A stretch of 32,475 nt of DNA, from assembly GCA_001724265.1 (NCBI GenBank), contig MEDY01000449.1, forward strand, positions 1 to 32,475. Reading direction: 5' to 3'. Below the pieces are notes generated by a model, which was given only the letters and a program-made list of their open reading frames with translations, did not search any database and was not told the origin of the DNA. A program made the position numbers and the translations under genes. How positions within the stretch are numbered: the stretch's first letter is position 1; each line of letters begins with the position of its first letter. This DNA is from Rhizaria sp. SCN 62-66. Lineage: Eukaryota. Positions 30,901 to 32,475 of this stretch are shown here, piece by piece.

Positions 30901-32475
30901 ACGGGGGGCGCGGGGGCGAGGTGTGCTTCCGACTTCGGTCTCAGGCCCGGCGCAAAGCCTGGCTTTGGTGGCGCTACGGGCGGCGAGGCGGGCAATAAGG
31001 CGTCGTTCTCCACGGCGGCCAACGCAGGTGAGCACATGGGTGTACTGGAGCAACATCAGCAGCACGCGTCTGCGGTGTCCTCGTCGCCGTCGCAGTCTCT
31101 GCTGCAGCTGGAGCTGCCGAGCCCGCTCGTCGCGACTGCGCCCTTGACCCTCGCCCACGCGCTGTCCGGCTCCGACGCCCCCCGGAGTGCACTCGGCGCG
31201 GGTGGCGGTGACAGCGGCCCGGTGTCGGCGGCGAGTGAGTGGGCGGTTGCGGCATCCGCGGCCTGTGGCGCTGCGGCCGTCGCGGCAGCTGCACTGGCGT
31301 CGAGCGCTCAAGCACAGCACAGTGCGGTGCAGTGGCTACAGCTGCCGGATGTACCGTTGCTGCCCACTGCGTGCGTTAATGCGGACGCTACGTCTGCAAT
31401 TGCACTCGCCGCCGAGCCTCGTACTGTGACGACTGGAGTGAACAGTGCTGACTCCAGCGCGGCTTCTCAGTCAAGCGCTTTGTCGCAGCGCGCCGTTGCA
31501 TACAGCCGCGACGCACTGCCGCTGCTTGCGGCACTCACTGCGGTCGCGGACCCAGATACGTTAATCGCGACTACGTTCAGTCTCAATGACAACAACAACT
31601 TTGCGTCAGGTCATGGTAACCACAATATCCTTGCGCAAACGAAGGCCCGGTCCAAGGCCGAAGCTGCTGAAGCGGAGGCGGTGGCAGAGGCATCGGCGGA
31701 GGCCGTGACCGAGACTAGCTGGCGTCTGCTCAGCGCTCTGCGGTCGCGCTCTCCTGCGCTCGTCGCTTCCGCCGAGATTGCGTCTTTCCGCAGCGGCAAT
31801 AACAAAACGAGTGTTAAGAGCGGTTTCGATGCTGCGACAGCTGCTGCTGCAACGACAACGCTGTCTGATTTCACCACACAGACCACAATCCCCAACGTCA
31901 CTGGCGCTGGCGCTGCTGCCTCGACAGTTGAGTTAAAGAGCAGCGCACCGCACGGTCTGGCGCACTGCTACCGTCCCGTCATCACGCTCTCGCTCGCCAG
32001 CCTCGACCCGCTGCACTCGGTCGGCGCCGACAGATCTGCTCTGGCGATCACCACGCTCGCGGCGCCAGTGCCCAACCCCACGCTGCCTGCACTCACCGTC
32101 AAGAACAGCGGACAGAACCCGAGCCCGAGCCCGAGCCACAGCCAGGCGGAGAGCGACGCTGAGAGCGTGGAGGCGCGCGCGGCCGCAGTCATCGGCCGCG
32201 TCACTGGCGCGTTGCTGCCTCAGGCGCAGCGCGTGTTCGCCGAGGCCGCGCGGCCGTGGCACGCGCTTGCCGCCGCCGCCGCGGCCTCCTCCGACGCCGC
32301 CGCGCTCTCCGCGTGCGCGCTCGCCGACGCCGCGCGCGCCGCCACCGCCGCCGCCGCGGCCGCCGCCGCCGCGAGCACCGACGCTGCCGAGAGCGCCGTG
32401 GCTGCCGAGAGCGCCGCTGCCGTGGCCGCCGTGGCGCGCGCCGAGGAGGCTGCCACGGCGGCCGCGGCGGAGGCG
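27997..32475 (+). CDS. Partial (3'-truncated, >=1493 codons) Ala-rich protein: mitochondrial presequence + NOA1/YqeH-like Zn finger + degenerate AAA-ATPase-like (PF09820-type) domain
   Basis: The frame from ATG 27997 is stop-free to the window end, which is why the track omits it. N-terminus MSATRSLHVLRHLRTAPLRSGLL. Motifs: CACCAAPLQCARPAAPGFLP (28582-28641), CLYC (28903-28914), GSKTLHAAYLLDTGGLHLVTQPPGYGKTAFLSLV (P-loop 29221-29241) and YRPVITLSLASLD (31969-32007). A probable in-frame intron starts at GTACGT 28146. Confidence 0.8.
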   Translation, partial: MSATRSLHVLRHLRTAPLRSGLLHSHHPGVATLQQILAVRSSVALTPTDRYVCLTYCFLSFSHSLLPPPHSCSSCLQFFPYLFQIASATRPAFGTTSAYVKKCVHAAAFLPSSISLHTSLAAPLSATAAPLVVSTLPRSILSLPSRSFASAAPPTPPTSLSMVPMFAAGSARFSALLPPTATAALALDMPAARPRCACCAAPLQCARPAAPGFLPRARLHLALAAAAAAAPAAASAAVAAAAASAAAARVGARAATAADTAAGSSGSGSGSGSASAGAGASVGAVGVAPEGDEMIQLARPAVCLYCQQQQAQQQLQPRHQQFPQRQRIDVSGHAQRRGDSYFDMFHIKRRFLYLRPPVAVQSHDATASFADASALTVPAIHTIPALLGSKTLHAAYLLDTGGLHLVTQPPGYGKTAFLSLVGVTGTARAAAVMTAFLLREPSFAAFADCSSAETRHAVYASTLRHNSTRHDAAATAAPQQSDLDSASQSNLSQSQLRPQSALPPQQGRLPLKAHAPGGGSLDAIHAALAVILSHNSNHNTNTHSTTSQSDSCSATLDSTADSGSDTRALAVERARATVRDAHALRVAVASALAAARPAAAAALPPPAAAASPLVVAHSPAHSAAHSAAHSAAAVQEGTAMDSSLARSSVTSASDAAEAADAAQTKPASDNVQPHNSASSASVPAVDTTSAVTAPSAAAAAAAAAVAAATAAAAAAMAFATDVSGPARPRFGGIALPSPGHRPVAATTVVVAAATAPTAAAAGGAGGAAYPAMVRPRAAPIESAPAQSAPAQCGPAHSLTTPGDDSFFAAATAVGMAHDGSPPHSQGDAAAAAATARAPSHAHAHAGDAYLLRAAGGQPRLFSAPGGFGTAAAPLRPPALQVPVQTALGPNALLMQQWKPLPANAIPPPAFVPTPAPRSALAPAPSSPSVAAPAAPAPAAAVPAAPAQSSGASAAASDGAALGGHYRRATGGAGARCASDFGLRPGAKPGFGGATGGEAGNKASFSTAANAGEHMGVLEQHQQHASAVSSSPSQSLLQLELPSPLVATAPLTLAHALSGSDAPRSALGAGGGDSGPVSAASEWAVAASAACGAAAVAAAALASSAQAQHSAVQWLQLPDVPLLPTACVNADATSAIALAAEPRTVTTGVNSADSSAASQSSALSQRAVAYSRDALPLLAALTAVADPDTLIATTFSLNDNNNFASGHGNHNILAQTKARSKAEAAEAEAVAEASAEAVTETSWRLLSALRSRSPALVASAEIASFRSGNNKTSVKSGFDAATAAAATTTLSDFTTQTTIPNVTGAGAAASTVELKSSAPHGLAHCYRPVITLSLASLDPLHSVGADRSALAITTLAAPVPNPTLPALTVKNSGQNPSPSPSHSQAESDAESVEARAAAVIGRVTGALLPQAQRVFAEAARPWHALAAAAAASSDAAALSACALADAARAATAAAAAAAAASTDAAESAVAAESAAAVAAVARAEEAATAAAAEA
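29842..29889 (+). repeat. Coding 12-bp tandem repeat x4 (AHSP-AHSA-AHSA-AHSA)
   Basis: GCGCACTCTCCG GCGCACTCCGCG GCGCACTCCGCT GCGCACTCCGCG, inside the long open frame. Confidence 0.75.

Noticed and set aside
29405-31147. Arg/Pro-rich plus-strand ORFs 29405..30391 and 30434..31147
   Set aside because: They are alternative frames of the Ala-rich (GCN) true frame starting at 27997.
1-32475. CRISPR array, rRNA/tRNA genes, prokaryotic operon or defence island
   Set aside because: There is no repeat-spacer periodicity or recognisable structural RNA, and spliceosomal introns plus eL38/HYPK show a eukaryotic nuclear locus.

Overview
This is a gene-dense window from a eukaryotic (protist-like) nuclear genome, with GC-rich exons and more AT-rich, pyrimidine-rich introns and spacers. 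Reading through the spliceosomal introns gives 12 protein-coding genes: a 2624-aa Ala-inflated PIN/FEN1-like (Asteroid/FAM120-type) nuclease, a secreted DUF4787 protein, RPL38, a secreted coiled-coil protein with a 1-nt frameshift before a cationic CX3CX5CX3C tail, a mitochondrial enoyl-CoA hydratase, a PAPS/nucleotide-sugar transporter (SLC35B3-like), dUTPase, HYPK, three paralogous signal-peptide/Cys-rich/GPI-type surface proteins, and a >=1493-codon open frame missing from the ORF track. That last frame appears to fuse a mitochondrial presequence, a NOA1/YqeH-type zinc finger and a bacterial-type AAA-ATPase-like (PF09820) domain split by about 900 aa of low-complexity sequence. A decayed fourth copy of the surface-protein family sits at about 27.2-27.65 kb. 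Other oddities: all 14 frame-validated introns begin GTAC (13 GTACGY); one surface gene has an in-frame TAG while none of 11 genes ends in TAG; and a perfect 17-bp hairpin lies at 252-294. No rRNA, tRNA, CRISPR array or intact mobile element was recognised. All family assignments are by-eye motif recognition, not database searches.
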